This document shows positions 45,005 to 54,362 of a stretch of DNA of 64,000 bases, piece after piece. The DNA is taken from positions 1 through 64,000 of the forward strand of contig JBITAJ010000004.1 of assembly GCA_044440125.1 (NCBI GenBank), read 5' to 3'. Position 1 is the first letter of the stretch; each line of letters starts with the position of its first letter. Below the pieces are notes generated by a model. It was not told where the DNA came from, did no database searches, and saw only the letters and a program-made list of their open reading frames with translations. The translations under genes were made by a program, and so were the position numbers. This stretch comes from Sedimentisphaeraceae bacterium JB056 (GTDB lineage Bacteria > Planctomycetota > Phycisphaerae > Sedimentisphaerales > Sedimentisphaeraceae).

Positions 45005-45469
45005 AAAAAGCCTTTCCTATGTAAGTTAAAAAAATCCTGTATGGACAAAAACGCACCACATTTACCACTCTTAAGGCGGGCGAAACTTCCTATAAAAAGA
45101 CTTTAATATACCTAACACTTAAAGACTCCTTCAACAACAAAACCAATCACTAAACTAATTAACATTTAATTAATTTAAAAACCTTGATTCTTAAAATACC
45201 AAATACCGAAAACTGTTTCAAGTAAAAACATACTTAAAAAGGCTTAATTTCTAAAATAAGTTTATTTAGGTAAAGTAATTAACGACAAAAACTTACAGCA
45301 TTAATTAAATGTTAAAAACTAAAACAGCTCTGGGCTTGACGCCAGAAGCATATTGACAATCGGATAGACAAACTGCTGATAACAAACAGAACAAAGACAA
45401 ACTGAATCCCCCAAATCCTCAAAATAGACAAGGCGTATCGTAGCCATCAAACTGTGCCGTTATTTTCTG

Positions 45470-45497
45470 TTTACTTTCGAGGACGTTTTGATATAAT
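45470..45497 (+). promoter_or_regulatory. sigma70 promoter (TTTACT-16-TATAAT with extended TG) upstream of the ubiA-like gene
   Basis: TGaTATAAT at 45489-45497. Confidence 0.55.
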
Positions 45498-45559
45498 TTT
45501 TGTAAGTTTTTTATTTTGGAGCTGATACGGCGTTGCTGCAATGAGGTTTCGACCCTGTT

Positions 45560-46465
45560 ATGAACATTAATTATATAAAAATACTTCGCCCCAATCACTG
45601 GGTAAAGAATTTCGCGGTTTTGCTGCCGCTTATCTTTGCTATGAAAATCAGTTGTGCTAAAGCATGCGGTTGTGCATTCAAGGCAGCTGCCATATTTTGC
45701 CTGCTTTCATCTTTCATATATATAATAAACGACATCAGAGATCGCCACCATGACAGGCTCCATCCCCACAAAAAAAACCGACCTATAGCATCTGGAAAAG
45801 TAAGCATAAAAGGCGCTTTTTTGGTCGGCGTAACTCTGATAACAATAGTTCTGCTGTGGTCTTACATGGCTATTCCACGAATTTTGCCCTTTATAGGTGC
45901 ATACCTCGCATTACAAATAGCCTATAGCTTCGGGTTAAAAAAAATAGTCCTGCTTGACGTCATATGTATAGCAATGGGGTTTGTCATAAGAGCATCGGCC
46001 GGAGCAGCTGCGATAAAGGTCGAGATAAGCCCGTGGCTTTTTATATGCATGTTCACTGTTTGCCTCTTTATGGGATTCTGTAAGAGATATAATGAAAAAG
46101 AAGCTCTCGAAAACGACGAAAGAGCTAAAAATCATCGCGACACGCTCATTGACTACACCCCCCAGCTTCTTACACATCTCGTAACTCTCTCAGCAGGACT
46201 TGCTGTAATCGCCTTTATATCTTATGCAATGAGTCCCCAGACAATCGAGAGGTACGGCTCCGAAGAACTCGTATACACCCTTCCTGTAGTAGTTTACGCG
46301 ATTTTTAGATTTGCTATGATATCAATGAAGGCCCGTTACGAGGGGCCTACAGACATAATATTGAAAGATCGACCTTTCCAATTGGCTGCGACTATATGGT
46401 GCGTATGGGTATTTTTAGTGATAAATTGGGACATAATTGTTTCTTTTTTCTGTCAACAACTTTAG
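45560..46465 (+). CDS. UbiA-family polyprenyl-phosphate phosphoribosyltransferase (DPPR-synthase-like)
   Basis: LRPNHWVKN, YIINDIRDRHHDRLHPHKKNRPIASG, LKKIVLLDV and KRYNE motifs; multiple TM helices. Confidence 0.88.
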   Translation: MNINYIKILRPNHWVKNFAVLLPLIFAMKISCAKACGCAFKAAAIFCLLSSFIYIINDIRDRHHDRLHPHKKNRPIASGKVSIKGAFLVGVTLITIVLLWSYMAIPRILPFIGAYLALQIAYSFGLKKIVLLDVICIAMGFVIRASAGAAAIKVEISPWLFICMFTVCLFMGFCKRYNEKEALENDERAKNHRDTLIDYTPQLLTHLVTLSAGLAVIAFISYAMSPQTIERYGSEELVYTLPVVVYAIFRFAMISMKARYEGPTDIILKDRPFQLAATIWCVWVFLVINWDIIVSFFCQQL

Positions 46466-46479
46466 CTTGAGAGTAGCGA

Positions 46480-47994
46480 ATGGATTTACCTCAGTACGTA
46501 CCGACGAAAGAGGCCGTTAAATTTGCGGCCGTTGTGTTTCTGCTTTACATATGCACTCTTGCTCCCGATCTTGTATGGCAGGATCAGGGGGATTATCAGT
46601 ACCAGTCCGCAAAACTCATATTGAGTATTCCCGGTGATGTGGTACGAGTTCACCCTCTCTATATCATAGTTTCTCATATGCTTGGCAAGTTCACGCCGCT
46701 GAACTGGGCATATGCCTCTAATTTGGTAAGTGCAATATGCGGGGCATTGACAGGACTTAACCTGTTCTTAATAATAGCACTTTTAAGCCGTTCGTCATTT
46801 GCCGCTTTTCTTGGGAGCGGTTTGTACTGCCTTGCTCATACTCCATGGTTTATTGGCGTTCAGGCTCAGACTTATTCAATGGCCATGGCCTTGATGACAG
46901 GCGGAATTCTTGCGTCACTGATATACTGCCAAAACCCTAAAAAGAAATATCTTGTTGCAATGGGGCTTGCTTTTGGACTTGGCATAAGTACCCACCTAAT
47001 GAGTCAAATAGCCTTTGCGGTAATAATGGCGTGGTTTTTCTGGCGTTTCTGTCGAAGAAGAGAAAAGTTTATAAACCTTTTGATAATAGGACTTTGCTGG
47101 CTTGCCGGAGGATTAATGCTTTGGATAGTCATGGCTATGGAATATAACAGCACTGGCGACCTAAAAGGCACCATTGCTTCGGCAATATGGGGAAGATGGG
47201 GCAACGCGGTTTTCAATTTTGACCAGGTACCTTACCTTATCAAGCAAAGTATCAAGTTCTTTGTTCTCAATTTCCCTACCCCGCTTGTCCTTTTTATAAT
47301 TCCCGGATTCATTTATTCCTATAAGAAATTAGAACGACCTGTCACAAATACCCTATTAGTAATAACGCTTTTATCGGCTGTTTTTGCCGCAAGGTATGAT
47401 GTGCCGAATCAGAATCATTTCTTCCTGCCTATGTATGCCATGTTATGTATATATATAGGTCTTGGTTATAAACTCATAAAGCAAGACGGCAACAGGCGTG
47501 TCACGATAATATCAGCAGCTATGCTGTTACTCGTACCTGCTATGTATCCTGCTATGTCTCACATACTTAGAACAAAAAACATACCGCTTGGAACAAGAAG
47601 GCATATACCATATCGAGATGTTTACAGCTATTACATAGAGCCTTGGCAGCAAGATCAGACCGGTCCAAGGCTTCTTGTTGAACAGACCCTCGCAAAATTG
47701 CCGGTCAAATCAATATTATATGTAGACTCAACAATAATGTCAGCGTTTCAATACGCACTTTACATAGAGAATAAAAGAAATGATATAATGCTTATGGAGA
47801 TTGGCGAGCCTCTTTTTGAGCATGTAAAGAATTTCAGGATGTTTACCATATGTAATGAAGATCATTACCGCCCCAATTGGGCATCTCCAGACATGCTGGC
47901 ACCTTTCGATATCTCCGAAACAGAGCATATTTACGAAATTGTGCTGCAGCAAGAAGGGGCTCAGGCTCCAAAACAGCCAACTCCCTTAAACTAA
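46480..47994 (+). CDS. DUF2723 / GT-C fold membrane glycosyltransferase
   Basis: YICTLAPDLVWQDQGDY first-loop motif, HPLY, AQTY, GLGISTH; many TM helices. Confidence 0.75.
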   Translation: MDLPQYVPTKEAVKFAAVVFLLYICTLAPDLVWQDQGDYQYQSAKLILSIPGDVVRVHPLYIIVSHMLGKFTPLNWAYASNLVSAICGALTGLNLFLIIALLSRSSFAAFLGSGLYCLAHTPWFIGVQAQTYSMAMALMTGGILASLIYCQNPKKKYLVAMGLAFGLGISTHLMSQIAFAVIMAWFFWRFCRRREKFINLLIIGLCWLAGGLMLWIVMAMEYNSTGDLKGTIASAIWGRWGNAVFNFDQVPYLIKQSIKFFVLNFPTPLVLFIIPGFIYSYKKLERPVTNTLLVITLLSAVFAARYDVPNQNHFFLPMYAMLCIYIGLGYKLIKQDGNRRVTIISAAMLLLVPAMYPAMSHILRTKNIPLGTRRHIPYRDVYSYYIEPWQQDQTGPRLLVEQTLAKLPVKSILYVDSTIMSAFQYALYIENKRNDIMLMEIGEPLFEHVKNFRMFTICNEDHYRPNWASPDMLAPFDISETEHIYEIVLQQEGAQAPKQPTPLN

Positions 47995-48104
47995 AAATTT
48001 TATTGATTATTTGGTTGTTTTGTTTATCATCATGATGTGCTTTGGCATATTAATTTGTCGTTGCTCTGCAACAGGCTTTTCGAGAATATTTAATTTGATT
48101 GAAA

Positions 48105-48686
48105 ATGGACATGAAACTGGAAAAACTTCAAGATCCTGAGAAATATACTGGACTTTACATCGTCGATTTTGGTGATCACACATCAGTTGGCTTCACTGGA
48201 AGCGAGATAGAGATGCTGCTTGAGAGTGAGAAGTATTCTTCGGTAAAGATCTACAAGATACACAATGCCTACCCTGATGGCAAACTCGAGCTTAGAGGCG
48301 TCCCGCATGAAATATTCCAGCTTGAAAGCGGTATATTTTTCTACTCTCATGACCTTAAAGATGCCAGAAACAACTACAAGAGGCTTCTTGACCTTGCAAT
48401 AGGAGGTAAATTTCCTGTTCGGGCAAAGCTTCATTTAGCTCATCTTTGTGATGATATTTATACCGTAGCTCTCATATATGCCGCTGATGCCGATGACGAC
48501 ATATCACGTTGGCTTCTTGACAATGACTACAAGATTGAGGGTATTGTCAAGGGCGGTATTCAGGCTGTTAGCGATTATTATACTGCAGCGCCGGAAGTCA
48601 TTGAAAGACACCAGCTTGTAAGCAGTATACATTCTAAAAATTTTACGGAATTGTATTCTTCGTTAAAATATGCCGTTCAAAGATAA
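48105..48686 (+). CDS. Hypothetical protein
   Basis: ~193-aa ORF with normal composition filling the gap after the GT-C gene; no motif recognised. Confidence 0.7.
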   Translation: MDMKLEKLQDPEKYTGLYIVDFGDHTSVGFTGSEIEMLLESEKYSSVKIYKIHNAYPDGKLELRGVPHEIFQLESGIFFYSHDLKDARNNYKRLLDLAIGGKFPVRAKLHLAHLCDDIYTVALIYAADADDDISRWLLDNDYKIEGIVKGGIQAVSDYYTAAPEVIERHQLVSSIHSKNFTELYSSLKYAVQR

Positions 48687-48897
48687 AAAAAACAACACCC
48701 TTGCTTCAACAGTTGCGGGGGTGTTTTTATTTCTGGGCTCTTTCAAAAGACAAAAGCCCGACATTTCCAAAGACATGGCCTCTGATCTTGCAACAGGTCA
48801 CAGCAGACTTAATGTAAGAGCAAATGAAAAGCTCAGGTCTAAATTCAGGCATCGTTGGCTGCGGTCGTACCAGAAAAGCAATAACGACAACCTATGA
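48670..48897 (+). CDS. Possible small basic hypothetical protein
   Basis: 75-aa ORF overlapping the upstream stop and filling the gap, but it contains a terminator-like hairpin, so it is doubtful. Confidence 0.3.
   Translation: MPFKDKKNNTLASTVAGVFLFLGSFKRQKPDISKDMASDLATGHSRLNVRANEKLRSKFRHRWLRSYQKSNNDNL
48694..48732 (+). terminator. Possible rho-independent terminator
   Basis: AACACCCTTGC-10nt-GCGGGGGTGTT followed by TTTATTT, just after the stop at 48686. Confidence 0.45.
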
Positions 48898-48923
48898 TTG
48901 TTTAGAATATTCAGTGTAAAGTT

Positions 48924-49187
48924 CTACTGCTTTTTCTTATCTTCGTGTTTATCGCTCGTTTTCTTCGATTTTATGATTCCGGCTCTCCTGAGTATGATGT
49001 TCATTTCCACAGCGAACCCAACGAAGAATCCAATTATCATGAAACCGGGGTATGTATCCTGAAATTTGTCGAGATACTTACCAAGATACGTGAAGAACAC
49101 AACGACTATAGCAAACTCTATCCCAACTCCCATCCACGCGTATACGTTTTTGAAGTCATCGAATTTGTCTTCCGGCTTTTTTGGCAT
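48924..49187 (-). CDS. AtpZ/AtpI (ATPase gene 1) family small membrane protein
   Basis: Two TM helices with GIEFA...YLGKYLD...PGFMIIGFFVGF pattern; RBS GGAGG. Confidence 0.7.
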   Translation of the reverse strand: MPKKPEDKFDDFKNVYAWMGVGIEFAIVVVFFTYLGKYLDKFQDTYPGFMIIGFFVGFAVEMNIILRRAGIIKSKKTSDKHEDKKKQ

Positions 49188-49276
49188 CTTTTCCTCCGAA
49201 AATACTGTTTACTGAAAAAAACTCTTACCAGAGTCCCTCTTAATCCAGACTTAGCATTTATCTATAAGCCCTCTAT

Positions 49277-49313
49277 AAATAAAAACACCGCGAGCTTTGC
49301 CGGCCCGCGGTGT
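49277..49313 (-). terminator. Rho-independent terminator of the HEAT-repeat gene
   Basis: Minus strand ACACCGCGGGC-cggcaaa-GCTCGCGGTGT-ttttattt. Confidence 0.8.
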
Positions 49314-49332
49314 AATAAATCCAGTTTTAAGG

Positions 49333-51096
49333 TCAGCTTTTTGACTGGTCGAGTATGAGTTCCTTAACTCTTTTACTCGGCAGGTTGAATGCACCATAGG
49401 CTCCAGCCGCCGCTGCTCTCAGTTGCGGATCAACATCAGAAGAGCTTGTTATTGCGTAGATCTGATCGATCTGCTCTTCAGTAAGTTGCTGTCCGTTCTT
49501 TTTTGCCGATTCTGTCAGTGAACCGAACAGTGTAATTCTCGTATCGTTATCGTAATCTTCACTGAGTGCAAGCTCTGCGATAGCCCTCTGAGACATTGGG
49601 TTTTTCAGCATTGCCAGTATCTCAGCAGCAATGAAACGAAGTTCATCATTATCACCGCTTAAAACTTCTATAAGCGAATCATTGGCTTTTTCAAGATCAA
49701 CAACACTGTTATTTGAGATAGCCAGCTCTTTCATAGCGTTTATAGCTCTGAAGGCATATTCAAGAGCAAGTTCCTGACCAAGCTCAGCTTCTTTCGATCT
49801 CTCGATAGCGGTGTTAAGATTCTCTATTATAAGCTTGCTGCCTGTGAATTCATCGGTTGGGTCCGCAGAAGCGATAGCTACTGCCGCACTCAATTTCACG
49901 GCATCATCTTCGAAACTAAGAGCCTCAACAAGCGGCTGCTCAGTACCGAATCTGTAGAGCAAAGATGCCTGACCGGCATTAACAGCCAGTGCCTCAACCA
50001 TGTTAAGGCATATATAAGCATCTCCATCTTTCAATCCGCGGGCAAGTGCTTCGTGCAGATATTCCGGACCGGAAGTTGTAGCGTATGTCATTGCATCAGC
50101 ATGACCTTCGCCAAAGTATTCAGGCATTTCTATGCCCGGCTGCTCAGCTTTAAAGAAAGCTGTAAGCCAGAGAGAGATAGCAGAAGCATTTGCGGCATCA
50201 GCCTTAAGTGCCCACTCACAGCTTCTCATTGCCATAAGCTCAAAGAAATAATCCTTTGATACTTGCTCACGTTTCAGACGATTTTCCGCATCATCCCAAA
50301 ACCAGACATTTGCAAAATCATAGTCTGCTGAAGGAGCGATTGAGTCTGAATGATAATAATAGCTTTCTGCAAGATTAAAGAACAGCTTTGTAGAAGGTAT
50401 CTTAAGAGCTGCCGGATCAATCATCTCAATGCTTTTAACGGCAAGAGCCTTGACTTCTTCCGAGCTTCCGTTTTCCTGAACGAATTTGAGGTAAGCAAGA
50501 GCTTCAGGGTATTGAATCTGCCCGAGAGCTCTAATAACTTCGCTTTTTACTGCGATATTATCCATCTGAAGTGAGCATGCCAGTGAGCGGATGGCATCTC
50601 TGCCCATTTTGCCCATAGCTGCTGCTATATAAGGCTGCTCATCTTTTCTTGACCTGTCAGCCAAAGCCTCAAGCATGAAAGGAACAGCATATTCGCCTGA
50701 ATTCTTAAGGCTTTGTTCACCTTTGATGCGGCCTCTGATAGTAGTGCTGAGACGTGCTATCTCCTCACGGATAATCGCAGGATCGGTTCTCTTGATATAA
50801 CGACCTTCTTCAATCAGTTCAAGAATCTTGCCTGCAACATCTTTAAGCTGGTCATTGTCGTTGTAAACCTTGAGAAGAATTGAGTATCCCCTTGAATTAG
50901 TCTGACTCAGTTCAAGAAGCTCTACAGGGTCGGTTTGACCATTTATTATCTCTTCGCCATAACCGCGGGCAAGCTCAAAACGTCCTATTGCGGTATAATG
51001 AAGGAAATCATTCCAGTTTTCCTCAAGCTCAGCGGCGAACGAAAACGCCGCGGCACATAATATGACGCCAATTATAAATCTTTTAATACCAAGCAT
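49333..51096 (-). CDS. Exported HEAT-repeat protein
   Basis: Signal peptide; repeated helical motifs (AVPFMLEAL, VKSEVIRALGQI, VKLSAAVAIA, LRFIAAEILA); ATG at 51096 after GGAG. Confidence 0.8.
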   Translation of the reverse strand: MLGIKRFIIGVILCAAAFSFAAELEENWNDFLHYTAIGRFELARGYGEEIINGQTDPVELLELSQTNSRGYSILLKVYNDNDQLKDVAGKILELIEEGRYIKRTDPAIIREEIARLSTTIRGRIKGEQSLKNSGEYAVPFMLEALADRSRKDEQPYIAAAMGKMGRDAIRSLACSLQMDNIAVKSEVIRALGQIQYPEALAYLKFVQENGSSEEVKALAVKSIEMIDPAALKIPSTKLFFNLAESYYYHSDSIAPSADYDFANVWFWDDAENRLKREQVSKDYFFELMAMRSCEWALKADAANASAISLWLTAFFKAEQPGIEMPEYFGEGHADAMTYATTSGPEYLHEALARGLKDGDAYICLNMVEALAVNAGQASLLYRFGTEQPLVEALSFEDDAVKLSAAVAIASADPTDEFTGSKLIIENLNTAIERSKEAELGQELALEYAFRAINAMKELAISNNSVVDLEKANDSLIEVLSGDNDELRFIAAEILAMLKNPMSQRAIAELALSEDYDNDTRITLFGSLTESAKKNGQQLTEEQIDQIYAITSSSDVDPQLRAAAAGAYGAFNLPSKRVKELILDQSKS

Positions 51097-51158
51097 TAAG
51101 GCTATCTCCAATTAGAAAAATATAATATTATTCCATTTTATTAAACTATAGACTGATG

Positions 51159-51187
51159 ATTATAGTTATTGTTCAAGGTGCTGTCAA
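51159..51187 (-). promoter_or_regulatory. Perfect-consensus sigma70 promoter (TTGACA-17-TATAAT)
   Basis: Minus strand TTGACA gcaccttgaacaataac TATAAT upstream of the HEAT-repeat gene. Confidence 0.85.
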
Positions 51188-51330
51188 ACAAAAACATAGG
51201 CACTTAAAGCTCTTATGGGCTTTTTTATAGGCGTCTTTCACCAATATAATAGATAGCCATGATCGGAATGCATCAAACTGGATTTACTACCAACGATCTA
51301 TATTACTCAGATATCCATAAACATCATTGA

Positions 51331-52761
51331 TTATACACACATGTATTTATTGAGGTGGCAAATAAGGCCATTTGTCATCGATTCCCTAACATCTTGGTAT
51401 TTCGAGTCAGTCATCAGATTATACCACTCACAGGAATCATTTTGAATATCATAAAATTCACCTTCAATTATATCCTTTTGGGCAAAACCATATCTCTCAC
51501 AGTTATTAGGGAATGTCAATATAAGCTTATACTGCTGATTTCTCCACATATAGGATTTAGTATTAAGTTTTTCATGGAACTCGCAAAAGTTCGCTTCCCT
51601 AACATCATCTGACAACAAGTCTTTACCCGGAAGGACTTTAGAATCAACATCCTTTCCTGCTGCCTTTATCAATGTCGGCAAAATATCTACCAACTCTGCC
51701 GGCCTGTGGTCTATGCTGCCCTTGAGTTTCTCGTCAATAAAAGTGCCGGCAAGTATCATAGGCACTCTAACACTGGATTCATAGAGACAATACTTATTGA
51801 ACCTGTAATACCTCTCTCCAAGCATTTCACCATGATCTGAAACGAACACAATCAAACAGTTCTCAAGCACACCCTTGCTCTCAAGCTTCTCAAGTGCCCT
51901 GCCAAACATACTGTCTATCCATGAGCAATTAGCCCGATACCTCAGTATCATCTGCTGCCACTGCCGCCTGTCAACTTTGCTCCAGTGATCAATGTACATA
52001 TCTTCCCTGTTGATACCAGTTGCATGACACGGCTCAACCAAATCCTTTGGAGGCTGGCTTGGCACAGGCATATCATCAATATCATACCAATCAACAAAAT
52101 CACCAGGAACATTATTACCCGCATGAGGCTTCAGAAACGAAAGATAGAGAAACAACGGCCGCTCATCATCAATACCGGAATCAAGAAACTCCATACACCT
52201 GTCAAAAACCCAGCCATCCCTGTGATCACTTTCAGGCAATTTACTTTTGCAGCCGATATAGCCTTCTATACCTTCTTCACCCGGGCCATAGTTCTTTGTC
52301 TCCTCATCATAGCGTGCCAGTGCATCAGGGGCAGCATCGCCCATCATAACCGCACCTTTTTCGAAAAGTTTACCATCGGAGGGCTGACCAACATAGCGAA
52401 CCTCAAATCCGCGAGTGGATGTGCCATGGTAACACCAGTGTGTTTTGCCAAAACCTGCTGTCTGATAACCTTCCTTTCGAAGTACTTCAGGCAAGGGATC
52501 GACCGGCAAATTTTCATCTGTAACATACTGACCGTTTCTTGTAACACCAATTTGCGAAGGATAAAGTCCCAGCATCATTGAATATCTGCTTGGAACGCAC
52601 ATCGCAGCCTGACAAACTGCCTGATCAAAAACTACGCCGTCATCAGCAAGCTTATCTAAAGCAGGTGTCTTGACGCCAGAATTGAGCTTTCCAAGATAAT
52701 CCCATCTTTGCTGGTCACTCATTAAAAATATGATATTAGGTCTTTTTTCTTTATTCAACAT
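51331..52761 (-). CDS. S1 sulfatase, no signal peptide
   Basis: RPNIIFLMSDQQR, AMCVPSRYSMMLG, GKTH, KPH and VSDHGEMLG motifs. Confidence 0.92.
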   Translation of the reverse strand: MLNKEKRPNIIFLMSDQQRWDYLGKLNSGVKTPALDKLADDGVVFDQAVCQAAMCVPSRYSMMLGLYPSQIGVTRNGQYVTDENLPVDPLPEVLRKEGYQTAGFGKTHWCYHGTSTRGFEVRYVGQPSDGKLFEKGAVMMGDAAPDALARYDEETKNYGPGEEGIEGYIGCKSKLPESDHRDGWVFDRCMEFLDSGIDDERPLFLYLSFLKPHAGNNVPGDFVDWYDIDDMPVPSQPPKDLVEPCHATGINREDMYIDHWSKVDRRQWQQMILRYRANCSWIDSMFGRALEKLESKGVLENCLIVFVSDHGEMLGERYYRFNKYCLYESSVRVPMILAGTFIDEKLKGSIDHRPAELVDILPTLIKAAGKDVDSKVLPGKDLLSDDVREANFCEFHEKLNTKSYMWRNQQYKLILTFPNNCERYGFAQKDIIEGEFYDIQNDSCEWYNLMTDSKYQDVRESMTNGLICHLNKYMCV

Positions 52762-52783
52762 AATACAATCACAGTCTCTGAAA

Positions 52784-54337
52784 TTATTTCATTGTCCATA
52801 CCGTTAATTTATAAAGCGATGGAGCATCGGCCTTTCTCTTAAAGAAAAATGCGCCTACTGAACTGCCGGTAAACATAACAAAATTACCAACTATCGCAGT
52901 ATAATAAAGATCAAACGGCGGCAGCGGAACAATCTTCTTTTGCCCCAATACGATATAGACAGTATAAACTATAGTACACACAATACCAACTAAAACCGAT
53001 CTGGAATCTCCAAACTTCGTCAAAAAGCCAAAGAAGAAAAGCCCAAGCAATCCGCTGCCGAAAATACTTCCTAAAACAGCACCAGTGTGCTGAATAGTCT
53101 TGGTATCAGAGTACGCAATCACAGTTCCAAGTATCACCATTACTACAGCCGCTACAGCCGCGGTGAATCTGGAAACGAAAAGATAGTGCTTTTCATCTCT
53201 GTTCTTACTAATTCGTTCTCTGTAAATATCGGTAACGAAAACAGCCGAGACCGCATTCATCGAAGAATCAAGAGATGACATAGCCGCCGCCACCGTAGCC
53301 GCAATAACCAGCCCTGAAAGACCGGCAGGCATATAATTCGTCACAAAATACGGCAGGATACCTTCCGGTTTTTGCTCACCGGTAAGCATAGCCGCCGCAG
53401 TATCTGTAGGATTAAGCTTAAAAAACACATAAAAAGCCGTCCCAAGAAACATGAAAAATATCCAGATTGGCAATCTTGCACATACGCTCCACCATATAGC
53501 CTTACGAGCCTCACTATCGCTTGCTGCCCCGCAATACCGCTGCACACAATTCTGATCAGTGGAATATTCCTGAAGCCAGGAAGTAAGCCCCAGCAGAAGC
53601 ATCATCAGCCCCGTTTTTTTGGACAGGGCCCAGCCCCACGAAATTGGAACAAGCCTCTCACCCTTCAACTCAGAAAAGGCAAGTTTACCATCTTCGGAGG
53701 CTATCCTGATTATTTCACCAAGACCTCCGGGGATATTCATAAGTATAATTATCAAAACAACTATACCGCCAAGCAGTAACACAATTGTCTGGATTACATC
53801 CGTCCATACAACGGCATCAATACCGCCGGCAATCGTATATATCGAAACCACGACACCGGAAACAACCAGGCATATCCACAAATCCCAACCGGTAAGGGTA
53901 TTAAGCAACTTGCCGACAAGAAACAGAACGATTCCAAGCCGAATAAACTGCCCCATGATAAAAGTGATACTGCCGTAAATCCTGACACCTTCACCAAATC
54001 TGAGACCAAGATACTGGTAGGCACTCGTCTTTCTGCCTGTTCTATAGAATGGTATTATAATGAAAGCCGCAACAAGACCGGCTATAGGCATCATGAAATT
54101 TGGAATCATCCTAAGCCATGCAGTATGGTAAGAATCAGCAGGATAAGCAAGGAAAGATACAGAACTTATCGATGTACCTACCAAACTTAAACCAACAACC
54201 CAACCCTTGAATTTTCTACCGCCAACAAAATATTCTTCCGTATCTGTATTCTTCTTTGAAAAGTAATAACCCAAATAGGCCATTGAAACAAAATAAACAG
54301 CAATTATAAACCAATCTAACAAATGAAGTGAAGCCAT
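52784..54337 (-). CDS. Sodium:solute symporter (SiaT/sugar-acid-like subgroup)
   Basis: EEYFVGGR, SISSVSFLAYP, SAYQYLGLRFG, GGIDAVVWTDVIQ, DQNCVQRY and AAAMSSLDSSMN motifs. Confidence 0.9.
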   Translation of the reverse strand: MASLHLLDWFIIAVYFVSMAYLGYYFSKKNTDTEEYFVGGRKFKGWVVGLSLVGTSISSVSFLAYPADSYHTAWLRMIPNFMMPIAGLVAAFIIIPFYRTGRKTSAYQYLGLRFGEGVRIYGSITFIMGQFIRLGIVLFLVGKLLNTLTGWDLWICLVVSGVVVSIYTIAGGIDAVVWTDVIQTIVLLLGGIVVLIIILMNIPGGLGEIIRIASEDGKLAFSELKGERLVPISWGWALSKKTGLMMLLLGLTSWLQEYSTDQNCVQRYCGAASDSEARKAIWWSVCARLPIWIFFMFLGTAFYVFFKLNPTDTAAAMLTGEQKPEGILPYFVTNYMPAGLSGLVIAATVAAAMSSLDSSMNAVSAVFVTDIYRERISKNRDEKHYLFVSRFTAAVAAVVMVILGTVIAYSDTKTIQHTGAVLGSIFGSGLLGLFFFGFLTKFGDSRSVLVGIVCTIVYTVYIVLGQKKIVPLPPFDLYYTAIVGNFVMFTGSSVGAFFFKRKADAPSLYKLTVWTMK

Positions 54338-54362
54338 TGATTAAATACCTATCGTTTAACTC

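Noticed and set aside
45005..45559. Possible sRNA or small ORF in the 555-bp divergent intergenic region
   Set aside because: No convincing ORF, terminator or known RNA motif; its length is explained by two promoters and operator-like sites.
45770..45944. Two A8 runs inside the ubiA-like gene as slippage sites
   Set aside because: Both encode Lys-Lys in conserved motifs (HPxKKNRP, LKK), the frame is intact, and such runs are common in this AT-rich sequence.
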